Shown here: in pieces, positions 55,621 to 64,000 of the stretch
Layout of the letters: each line of letters begins with the position of its first letter
How positions within the stretch are numbered: the first letter of the stretch is position 1
Source of the DNA: Minisyncoccota bacterium
GTDB lineage: Bacteria; Patescibacteriota; Microgenomatia; PFEM01; JAFGMK01
DNA: 64,000 nt
NCBI GenBank assembly: GCA_016927565.1
Contig: JAFGMK010000015.1
Location: 1,149-65,148 of the forward strand
Direction: 5' to 3'
Notes under the pieces: model-generated
The model's input: only the letters and a program-made list of their open reading frames with translations
What the model was told of the DNA's origin: nothing
Database searches by the model: none
Position numbers and translations under genes: made by a program

Positions 55621-57156
55621 TCATTCTTTATTCAAAATTGCCAAAAAATCATTTCCCCAAAGGATATTGAGAGGGAAATAATTGCTGATTGGATAAAGAT
55701 AAATCAGGCGGTTGTATAACTTATCTTTCCAACTAAGTTCTGGTTTGATTACCGTCAGGTTAGTAGTTTTAATCTTGCCCTTAAAGCCATTTTTTTTAAA
55801 CAGCTTTCTCAAGTAGAAGTAGGTCGGCTCGTTGACATGAACTTTTTTCTGGTGCTCGGTTCTCAAGTCATGCCATCGAGGCAAGTTAGGATATTTTTTG
55901 CCTGTTAACCAATTAGAAAATGAGATTAGGAAAGTGCTGATTGGATAGCACCAAAATCGATAAATTAAGTCGTTAAACCACCGATTAGGAGCGGTATGGA
56001 CAATCAGAACGCCGTTAGATTTAAGAATTCTTTTAATTTTTTTCAAAATTATTTCCTGTTCCCAAAGATAGAGATGTTCCAGAATCTCAACTAAAACCAC
56101 CACATCGAAACTGTTTTTTCTAAAACTTAGTTTTTTTGCATCCATCAATTTAAAGCCGGCTCTTTTTCTTACCCCGGGAGGCTGTTTTTCGAAGGCTTCT
56201 TGGGCTAAGTTAATTGCCTCTTTTGAGTAGTCAATTCCGATGGCATTTAAGCCTTTTTTGGCTGCCCAAAAAACTAACTCGCCTCGGCCACAACCAATAT
56301 CAAGGAGCCTGAATCCTCTTTCCAGAGGAATTTCACCTGCAATCCGTTTTAAGCGGGGTTCAAGTATTTGCCCCTGGCTTTTTTTAAATTCTTTATAGCC
56401 GGAACAGGATTTTAAGAAATACTGTCGAGTATAGAGTGCCGGGTCAACTCTTTCAGAAGGTAAGTTTTTTTTCTTCTGAATGTAAAAGATTGTTCGAATG
56501 GTGGATCCCAGGTCGAAAATCGGCAGAATCGGGTTAAGACAGAAAAGCCAAAACCGCCGATAGCGGAGAAGGTGATAAAGCCGGGGAATTTTAAAATAAA
56601 TTTTTTGAAAAAGAAGCCAAAAAGTTAAATTGGCATTTTTCCCGGTGGTTATTTTGGCTCGAGGATCAGCCTGCCGGATTAAATTTAAAATAGTTTCTTT
56701 TTCCGGATGACCCAATTTGAGGTGTTCTTCGAGATAGCCGTGTTTTTGACAGGACTGACGGTGACAAAGAAACTGATGAAATTTTCTATGAGCCTCGAGA
56801 GATTGGTGGCCGGTGGGAACAGCCAAAATTACCGTTTTCCTGGCAACGCGGAGCATTTCTTTAATTGCTTCAGCTTGCTTTTTTTGACTGGTCAGATGTT
56901 CGAGAGTGTCAACAGAGACAACTAATTCAGCGCTTTTGTCCGGTAGTGGCAGTTTTTCGGCGCTGGTTTTGATTAGTTCGGTGTTGGGCAGGGGTTTTTT
57001 GACAAAATTCAGGTCGCAGTCAATAATCCGGTAGTCAGGCAAATACCATCCCAAGCCTTCGCCAGTACCGCCAATCTCGACAATTTTTTTGCTTTCAAGC
57101 TTATTTTTTTTGATTGCCCGAACAATCGGCGCGTATCTTTGAATGATATCCAGCAT
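55621..57156 (-). CDS. Tandem two-domain class I SAM methyltransferase
   Basis: Domain 1: VEIGGTGEG...SAEKLPL...DTLEHL; domain 2: LLDIGCGRGE...DAKKLSF...EILEHL. Confidence 0.85.
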   Translation of the reverse strand: MLDIIQRYAPIVRAIKKNKLESKKIVEIGGTGEGLGWYLPDYRIIDCDLNFVKKPLPNTELIKTSAEKLPLPDKSAELVVSVDTLEHLTSQKKQAEAIKEMLRVARKTVILAVPTGHQSLEAHRKFHQFLCHRQSCQKHGYLEEHLKLGHPEKETILNLIRQADPRAKITTGKNANLTFWLLFQKIYFKIPRLYHLLRYRRFWLFCLNPILPIFDLGSTIRTIFYIQKKKNLPSERVDPALYTRQYFLKSCSGYKEFKKSQGQILEPRLKRIAGEIPLERGFRLLDIGCGRGELVFWAAKKGLNAIGIDYSKEAINLAQEAFEKQPPGVRKRAGFKLMDAKKLSFRKNSFDVVVLVEILEHLYLWEQEIILKKIKRILKSNGVLIVHTAPNRWFNDLIYRFWCYPISTFLISFSNWLTGKKYPNLPRWHDLRTEHQKKVHVNEPTYFYLRKLFKKNGFKGKIKTTNLTVIKPELSWKDKLYNRLIYLYPISNYFPLNILWGNDFLAILNKE

Positions 57157-57219
57157 TAAGAGAATTTTAACATTTCTTGCCTATTGAATTTTTTCTGTTA
57201 TTCGTTTTATTATTAAAGT

Positions 57220-57636
57220 ATGGATCTGGCTGATTTTAAAAGCAAAGCGAGATTGGCTGACTCTTTTTTTGAAGAGCTTTCTGCCCGGCTTGATTTTAGA
57301 TCTTTGGTAGTGCTTTTGCTGGTGGCGCTGGTGGTTCCGATTTCGCTGATGGTGGCTTTGTGCCGGAATAATCTTTCCGTAGATGAAGCGATAATTAAGG
57401 CAAAACTTTTAACGACTTCGGGCAAACCCGCTCAGGCAACTAGGTTGTTGATGTCTTTAAGAAAGAAGAATTTGACCGAACAGTCTGAAAAAAAATTGAT
57501 TTTAGCGCTGATGGAGAATAACCGCCTTGATCAGGGACAGGTAGCAGGCGCTTCAGCTAAGCCGACGGTTACCCCCAAAGTCTCTGAAAGAGGAAGTGAT
57601 TTTACTTCTGATCTTGAAGCCTGGTTGACTGAATAA
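57220..57636 (+). CDS. Hypothetical membrane protein, possibly truncated
   Basis: One TM helix and a helical region; own TTGAAT...TATTAT promoter. Confidence 0.6.
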   Translation: MDLADFKSKARLADSFFEELSARLDFRSLVVLLLVALVVPISLMVALCRNNLSVDEAIIKAKLLTTSGKPAQATRLLMSLRKKNLTEQSEKKLILALMENNRLDQGQVAGASAKPTVTPKVSERGSDFTSDLEAWLTE

Positions 57637-57910
57637 GCATTGGCGGAATCATTTATCCGGCATAAGTTTCCTCTTCTTTTCCAAGCGGCAGTATTTTAAA
57701 ACCCAAATCCGGTTATTGAGGGGTTTGCCTCGGGATTGCGCCTCGCTCCGCCATTTTAAGCCTTGAAATATCTTGCCGATAAGGTTAAAATCCCGAATTA
57801 TACTAAGAGTCTGCTCCTCGGGTTCTGCTCTTGAAAAAGGATTGGTCTGTTTTGTGTGGGTCAAAAAAATCAGCCAGCCCTGCCAGCCCTAAAACAAAAA
57901 ATCCAAAAAC

Positions 57911-58708
57911 ATGGATATTAAAGTAAGAAAAGTTGTTATTTTTGCCGCCGGGAAGGGTACTCGTCTTTCACCGATTACTTCTTATATTCCCAAAGAAATG
58001 CTCCCGATTATTAACTTTCCGGTAATTCATTATGTTTTGGAAGAAAGTCTCGTGGATGGAATAGAGCAAGTCATCCTGGTTATTAAAAAGAATAAATCAT
58101 TAATTGCTGAATACGTCCGAGATTATCTGAACCGGAGAGAGGGAAAAAAGAAAGTTGGCTTGGAAATTGTTTATCAAAAAGATACCCATTACGGTACGGC
58201 GGCAGCCTTGATTGATGCCCGAAATCACTTAAAAAAAGAGCCTTTTTTAACAATGTTTGCCGACAGTTTTGCTCTCAAAAGAGATAATCGTCTCAAATTT
58301 TTGCTTCGAGTCTATCGGCAATATCGGGCTCCGGTTATAAGCCTGATCCCGGCAGGACCAAAAGAAGCCTGCACTTATGGAATGGTTGAGGCCGAAGAAG
58401 TAGAAAAGGACGTGGTATCAATTAAAAGACTCGTCGAGAAGCCGGGAAGGAATCTAAAACCGCCGGCGTATGCAGCGCCAAACGGCTATCTTTTAACTCC
58501 CGGCATTATTCCTTATCTTGACCGGTTAACGCCGGAAAAAAATGGCGAATTATCGCTTGTTGCGGCGATTACCGAGTATCTTGAAAAGAATAAAGTATAC
58601 GGGTCGGTTTTCAAAGGTCTTTTTTTTGAAGCGGGGAATCAGGTTGATTTTGTTGATTCCCAGACAAAAATGATTTTAGAGAGAAAAGATTTAAAAAGAG
58701 GGTATTAA
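57911..58708 (+). CDS. galU: UTP--glucose-1-phosphate uridylyltransferase-like nucleotidyltransferase
   Basis: KVVIFAAGKGTRLSPIT..IPKEMLPI, LVEKP, GELSLVAAI. Confidence 0.82.
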   Translation: MDIKVRKVVIFAAGKGTRLSPITSYIPKEMLPIINFPVIHYVLEESLVDGIEQVILVIKKNKSLIAEYVRDYLNRREGKKKVGLEIVYQKDTHYGTAAALIDARNHLKKEPFLTMFADSFALKRDNRLKFLLRVYRQYRAPVISLIPAGPKEACTYGMVEAEEVEKDVVSIKRLVEKPGRNLKPPAYAAPNGYLLTPGIIPYLDRLTPEKNGELSLVAAITEYLEKNKVYGSVFKGLFFEAGNQVDFVDSQTKMILERKDLKRGY

Positions 58709-58850
58709 GTACGATTTCCGGCTATTCCGGGTAAGCTTCTGGTGGATTTTGAAACTTTACGACTGGATTTCTTCGGCAGAAAATCTTGGAGAAAGTAAAC
58801 TCTAAGTCCTATAGTATAGACTTTTATCTGTAGATATAATCTCATAAAGT

Positions 58851-59321
58851 ATGACCATTGAAGTACTGCTACCTAGAAAAAATTTAGATCCGTTTCGGAG
58901 AGAAAGTTTAAATGATCGTGAAGCTGGATTATTGAAAGCCCTACTTGCGGAATATGGAGTGACTTCAGAAACTCACTCCCGGGTTGTTGAGTTGTTTGCC
59001 GGAGATGCTCCTCATGCATTAATGATGGCAAATTTAGGCCGGGATGTGAGAAATATAGTTTGTGTGGATCGTTATTTGCCGGTTGAACCTCTTGTTGAGG
59101 GGGTGAAGTGGCGGCATCTTGATTTGTTTCAATTATCCGAAGCTTTGATTTTTGGCGAACCTTTACCCCAATCGGTGATAAATCTTCAATATAAAGGAGA
59201 CGTCGTTATTGCGATCAACGAATGGTGGAGAAATAGGGAAACGTTTGATAATGTCGTTGATTATTTTTGCAGGCCTGGTGGATTAGCTTATACACTTCGA
59301 GGTGTGAGAATCCGGGAATAG
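58851..59321 (+). CDS. Small class I SAM-methyltransferase-fold protein
   Basis: VVELFAGDA, IVCVD, DVVIA, CRPGG; TATAAT 10 nt before the ATG. Confidence 0.55.
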   Translation: MTIEVLLPRKNLDPFRRESLNDREAGLLKALLAEYGVTSETHSRVVELFAGDAPHALMMANLGRDVRNIVCVDRYLPVEPLVEGVKWRHLDLFQLSEALIFGEPLPQSVINLQYKGDVVIAINEWWRNRETFDNVVDYFCRPGGLAYTLRGVRIRE

Positions 59322-59642
59322 AACGAAAACTCTCAGTATTATCCTTGACTCTCCTTAGAATTCTAAGCCAGATACAAATTGGGGCTATCTTGGTGAGGTT
59401 TAGATGCCCGTCTTAGTGGTGGCCGATTAAATTTTTTTAGGATCCGATTGCCAATTAAAAGCCCGATTGATCTAAAAATAAGAGCCAGGGTAGCGGCAGT
59501 GGCAACCAAAAAAGTCTCTATCATGCAGGCGGCAATCATGAGGTTGCTTTTGCAATTCAAGCTGGCCCAGGAAATTCAAATAACATCAATTACCGGAGTC
59601 AAAAGCTAATAAAAGCGAGCAAGTGAGAGTCCCAAAAATTGG

Positions 59643-62276
59643 CTAATTCAGCAACTTTGGCAGAAAAAACATTAATTGGAAGTTATACATCCAAGCCATA
59701 TCTGACTGATTTTGCTCTAAAGCTTCTCTAGCTTTTTCAAGTAATTCATTTGAATACTCGAAATAAATTACTTTAATCAGAGGAATGGTTTGGCCTTTAT
59801 CTGTTTTGCGTTGTAAGTCTTTAGCCAGTTTTTGTAAAATTTTCTCTTGTGCCCAAATTTTTTTGTCGGTAATTTTAGGCTGTAATTTAACTTTAGCTTT
59901 GCTTACAATAACTTTCCAGGTATCAAATAGATCATTAATTATTCCTTCATACCCGGGAAAACTTTTCACTATTTCTTCCTGCTCTTGCTTTAGAAAACAA
60001 TGATTTAAAGCTATTAAAGAAGTTTGGACTAGGCTTTTGGCCTGGTTAAATTTTTGCTGTTTAAGGCTTTTTTCAAGCAGGTTTAAAAAAGGAATTATTT
60101 TGCAATTCTCTAGGTTTAATTCAAAAATTCGAGCTTTGGCGCTTTGGAAAGAGTTTAAGCCTTCAGGATCTTCTAGGGAAAAGTTAGGTTTAGCCGGGTC
60201 AAGCAAAAAAGAATCTACTTTAAGTTGATGGGTGGGAAACTGGTACTCGCGGATCTCAACATTTTCATCGGTATCAAGCCGGCCGAGCAGCAGGCGATAG
60301 TAACCCTGACCAGTACCGGTGATCCTAATTTGATATGTCTCATCTAGGGGATTAGGAATTAAAACAAAGTTTGCCTCACTATCATAAAAAGCATTAGAAA
60401 TTTCCGGTCCGGTGGTCTGATGGCCGATTTGATTCCCATGAATATCGGTGATAAGAATTTTGGCCGGCGATCGGATTAGAAAAATCAAAGCATTCTTAAG
60501 TTTCTCGAGTGGTGACAGGGTCGGGTTGGGAGAAAGATCAAGTAATCCGAAGAGTTGTTGGATTGCCTCTGGTTCTTTAACTAAGTCGTTGTGTTCCAGG
60601 GCAAAGTCATAAGCCTGAACTCCATTAAAAGTGGCGCTTTTAACCAGAACTGTTTCATCTCCCTGATTGGAATAAATCTTTGCGGATGAATAATCTTTGG
60701 CCCTATCATTATATTCACAGGTTGTTCCCGGGCAGAAATGGATAGGCTCGCCATCTTCCCAGAGGCCGAGGGCATAGTGAGCCCAGTTGGCATGGGGAGT
60801 TGTAATCGAGCTGACTTTAATTGATTCAAGGGTAGGAAAGCCGTAGCCGTAAAAAAGGCTGGTTTTGTTTTTGAGGTCTTGAGAAAAAGTTTGATTTAGT
60901 TGGCTTAAAGTTTGATTCTGATGAATATGATCAGCAACGTCTTTGAAGAGGCCGCTTTTACTATCAATCAGGAAATCGTGAGTAGGGAGAAGGTCGGCAA
61001 CTGAAGGAAAAGCCCGCCGGATGGTGTCTTTGGGATGTTCTCCTGGCTTCTTATTGGTAAACAAAAGTGTTTCTAAAAATAATTTGTATAGATTTTTAAC
61101 TTCCCAGATTTGACCGCCCTCCCAAGCGGCATAGGCGTGTACTGCTCCTTGATGGGGACTACCCAAAGTAATTAGTTTTTCGGTTTTATCTGGGTTAGCC
61201 TGAGCAAAAACTCGGCTAATCATTCCTCCCATGGAGTGGCCTACGAGATCCACTTTTTCTGTTGGATCTGTTTTGGCTTCGACAAACTCTTTAAGTTTGG
61301 CGGCGTTATCGGAGAATGGTTTGCGCCAATCATAACAAAAGAGATGCCAATCCTGATCTTTTTCAAGTCCGGCTTGATAGAAAGCATTAATTAGATTGTG
61401 GTAAAAAAAGAATCTGGCAGGTGAAAATAAATGCCAATTTTCTCCATTTTCCCCGCTAATCAATCCTTTATTCCAGCACGCTGTCATTCCAGGAAGAAAG
61501 ATGAGGGGAGTATATTCCATGTCATATATGAGAATAGAATCGACAGTTAGGCTGGTCCAGAGATCCCCAATTCCTTGGGTTGAGTTATTGCCAAACCATA
61601 TTGTATCGGGCCGCATGAGTGTTTCGGGTGAAACATATTTGAGCTCGTCATCAATAAAGATACTATATTTGTTATCTTTGTATTTAAGTTCTACAAAATG
61701 AAAGTCTAAATCAATTCCATTTGATTGGAATTTTATAATTTCACTTAAGGAGCAGTTTGGGGTATTATAGCAAGTTCCTGTATAAGATAAAATTAATCCA
61801 TAAACATTGTCTTGCCAAATTTGGAAAAACTTATATTGCGAATAAAGTGGATTGTTAATTGGCGTGTCGGTGGTTGTGTGGTATGGTGGTAGCTTTGTTC
61901 CGATTGCAAAGCCGACTCCTTTAGATTCCACTCGATTATATTTGAAGCCTACTTTAAGAGTAAAATCGCCCTGATTTGGAAATGGTCTAGGAATGTCATC
62001 TCTATAGGCAACGAAGGGGAAGGTTGAAGTTTTCTCTGCAGCGAGGAGGATTTTTCCAGCTTCTAAGGTTATTTGTCCTTCTTTTTCATAAGCCTGCCAA
62101 GTATCAGAATTCAGAGTGTTGAAATCCTCTTTAAAAAATATATTTTTAGCAAAAGCAGAGCCTCTAATATTAAGAAGTAAGGAAAACCAGAAAAGTAAAA
62201 ACAAAATACCTTTTGCATGTTTAGATCTCTTTGTTTTAAAATTAGCAAGAAAAGACACCTTGTAGAAATTAGACAT
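59643..62276 (-). CDS. Secreted multidomain protein with lectin-like N-domain and LCAT/PGAP1-like alpha/beta hydrolase
   Basis: Signal peptide; PLIFLPG, YDWRK, VGHSMGG, LGSPHQG, GDETV, EH. Confidence 0.8.
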   Translation of the reverse strand: MSNFYKVSFLANFKTKRSKHAKGILFLLFWFSLLLNIRGSAFAKNIFFKEDFNTLNSDTWQAYEKEGQITLEAGKILLAAEKTSTFPFVAYRDDIPRPFPNQGDFTLKVGFKYNRVESKGVGFAIGTKLPPYHTTTDTPINNPLYSQYKFFQIWQDNVYGLILSYTGTCYNTPNCSLSEIIKFQSNGIDLDFHFVELKYKDNKYSIFIDDELKYVSPETLMRPDTIWFGNNSTQGIGDLWTSLTVDSILIYDMEYTPLIFLPGMTACWNKGLISGENGENWHLFSPARFFFYHNLINAFYQAGLEKDQDWHLFCYDWRKPFSDNAAKLKEFVEAKTDPTEKVDLVGHSMGGMISRVFAQANPDKTEKLITLGSPHQGAVHAYAAWEGGQIWEVKNLYKLFLETLLFTNKKPGEHPKDTIRRAFPSVADLLPTHDFLIDSKSGLFKDVADHIHQNQTLSQLNQTFSQDLKNKTSLFYGYGFPTLESIKVSSITTPHANWAHYALGLWEDGEPIHFCPGTTCEYNDRAKDYSSAKIYSNQGDETVLVKSATFNGVQAYDFALEHNDLVKEPEAIQQLFGLLDLSPNPTLSPLEKLKNALIFLIRSPAKILITDIHGNQIGHQTTGPEISNAFYDSEANFVLIPNPLDETYQIRITGTGQGYYRLLLGRLDTDENVEIREYQFPTHQLKVDSFLLDPAKPNFSLEDPEGLNSFQSAKARIFELNLENCKIIPFLNLLEKSLKQQKFNQAKSLVQTSLIALNHCFLKQEQEEIVKSFPGYEGIINDLFDTWKVIVSKAKVKLQPKITDKKIWAQEKILQKLAKDLQRKTDKGQTIPLIKVIYFEYSNELLEKAREALEQNQSDMAWMYNFQLMFFLPKLLN

Positions 62277-62348
62277 TATAATTTTTTCTTTGTCAAGGTC
62301 TTTGAATGCTTTTAAGAAAGCAACTAAAAAAAGAGACCTAGTTTAAAT

Positions 62349-63158
62349 TTGAAAAAATCAAGCAATAAGGAATTAGATAACATAGTGCGGCTTTTTTCGG
62401 ATAAATTGTGGTATAGTCCATCAGATATTTTTATAAGGGCAGCAGAAGCCTTAATTTGGAATCATCAGAAATTTACTCCTCCGGTTTTGGAAATTGGCTG
62501 TGGAAATGGCAGAATCAGTAGCCTTCTTTTTATGAATAAAACAAAGGTTGATGTTGGCGTTGATATTGATGCGCATGAAATAGAGAATGCTAAAAAAATA
62601 AAACTATATAGCAGATTGGCCGTTGCAGATGCGGCCGAGCTTCCCTTTCAAGATAGGAAATTTAATACCGTTGTAGCCAATAGTACTTTTGAACATATAA
62701 GAAAAGACATTTCTTCGGTGTGCGAGGTCTTTCGTATTTTAAAGGAGGGTGGTTCTTTTATGTTTACTGTTCCCACCAGAAGGTTTGAGAGCGCTCTTTT
62801 GTCTACAATAATAAATAAAAATAATTTACAAAAAATTAATGATAGACTTAAGCATTTTCATTATAGAGAAGTTGATGAATGGATCGCAATACTGAAGAAT
62901 AATGGTTTTAGCATGACTAGTTATCAAGAATATATGTCGGATAACGCTGTTAAAGATTGGTATAAGCTTTTTAGGCTTAGCACTTTCAAAGTGAGAGGTC
63001 GCGAATTGTGGTCTTATTTAGAAAATTTTTCTCATAAAAAAATAATTCCGAAGAAAATTTTTTCCATTTTGGTTTCAAGTTTTTTGCTAAAACTTTACCA
63101 TGAAATGTTTGTGCCGGGCGGCACTTGGTTATTTATTGCTGCTCGAAAATTAAAATGA
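62349..63158 (+). CDS. Class I SAM-dependent methyltransferase
   Basis: LEIGCGNG, GVDID, ADAAELPF, FEHI, RILKEGG; AT-rich. Confidence 0.87.
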   Translation: MKKSSNKELDNIVRLFSDKLWYSPSDIFIRAAEALIWNHQKFTPPVLEIGCGNGRISSLLFMNKTKVDVGVDIDAHEIENAKKIKLYSRLAVADAAELPFQDRKFNTVVANSTFEHIRKDISSVCEVFRILKEGGSFMFTVPTRRFESALLSTIINKNNLQKINDRLKHFHYREVDEWIAILKNNGFSMTSYQEYMSDNAVKDWYKLFRLSTFKVRGRELWSYLENFSHKKIIPKKIFSILVSSFLLKLYHEMFVPGGTWLFIAARKLK

Positions 63159-63233
63159 TGCGACGAAAAACATGTAGCACGTTTCTGGGATAATCAGAGT
63201 CAATTAAAAGTTGTCCCGGATAGGGGGGGTGCC

Positions 63234-64000
63234 ATGAATTACGTCGGCATCGATTTGCATAAAAGGTTTTCGCAGCTTACGGTTTTTAATGAAGCAGGAG
63301 AAATTTTGGATAGAGAAAAAGTTGATAACTAAAAAGCAGCGATAGTTTCGCGCCTTAACAATTTTGATCAACCCGGTAAAGCAGTTATTGAAGATACTTT
63401 TGCCTGGGACTGGTTGGCAGACTTGCTGGCTGATAATAGAATAGAGGTAATGTTAGCTCATCCCCAAAAAGTCAAGATAATTGCCCCGGCCCAAATTAAG
63501 ACAAACAAGAATGGCTCTGAAATCTTGACTAAGCTTTCAAAAGCCGATCTGATTCCTGAGGCTTGCTATTCGCCTAAGGAAGAAAGAGAGGCTAAAGAGG
63601 TAAGATGTCGGGCTTCTCTGGTTGGGCTTAAAGACTCAGATCAGGAATCGAATCCATTCCCTTTTCTGCAAGACTAACAGTCAGGAAGCGGAGGGGGTAT
63701 GGCGATCTGTTCGGCAAAAAAGGCCGGCTCTTTTTAAAAGGACTTGATTTAGGAGAGAAGTTTAACTTTGCTCTTAAGCGGTATTTGGCAATACTGGAGT
63801 TTCCAGAAGTCCAAGTCAAGGAAGCTGATCAAGAGCTAAAGGGGATCTCTAAAGAGGATAAGCAAACCAAACTGCCCGAGCAGTTGCATTGCGGCGCTCT
63901 AATCCTTATCCTGGCAGGCTTTTTATCAGAAGATAAACAGCAAGAAGGGTCATGGCAAAGCCAGGGTGGCTGCGGCCGGAAAGATGCTTAGTCAGATTTG
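63234..64000 (+). mobile_element. Degraded IS110-family transposase (pseudogene), possibly continuing past window end
   Basis: MNYVGIDLHKRFS from ATG 63234; in-frame TAA at 63330; then AVIE...LAHP.KVK.IA....KT; later frameshifts. Confidence 0.82.

Noticed and set aside
57637-57760. Possible read-through TPR-like continuation of ORF 57220-57636, or stop-codon recoding
   Set aside because: Resemblance is weak, the stops are TAA, and all other genes fit code 11
57873-57890. gccagccct tandem duplication upstream of galU
   Set aside because: Only two 9-bp units with no associated element
59363-59642. Possible degraded membrane-protein gene on the minus strand
   Set aside because: Hydrophobic fragments broken by stops; no family could be supported by eye

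Overview
Bacterial chromosomal window using genetic code 11 (TGA acts as a stop). Gene content and protein styles suggest a Patescibacteria (CPR) genome of Microgenomates type; this is an inference. It has four blocks. (1) 1-21.6 kb: a + strand cell-surface glycan locus with a Wzx flippase, 3 GT2, 5 GT4, 4 GT-C (ArnT/PMT-like) membrane transferases, an acyltransferase, an O-antigen ligase-like protein, ManC, a priming sugar transferase and a DUF4012 protein. (2) 21.6-25.7 kb: recO, glyQS, a membrane protein and an orphan JAB/JAMM-motif gene. (3) 25.9-54.2 kb: a dcw cluster from mraZ to ftsZ with an embedded alpha/beta-hydrolase, membrane-anchored MurF, DegT aminotransferase and FemAB module plus a decayed oxidoreductase, followed by ileS, rodA, rplU, rpmA, parB and lepB. 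(4) 54.2-64 kb: tRNA-Val(CAC) and an accessory island (methyltransferases, GalU, a secreted lipase-like protein, an IS110 relic). The strongest novelty candidate is at the tRNA. Its 3' half is followed at once by an imperfect inverted copy of itself and then by two direct copies. This makes an attC-like ~146-bp hairpin and a one-gene cassette bounded by tRNA-derived repeats, with no integrase in the window. The second candidate is the non-canonical peptidoglycan module (MurE EDPR motif, DegT plus FemAB). All protein calls come from reading motifs by eye; no database search was run.
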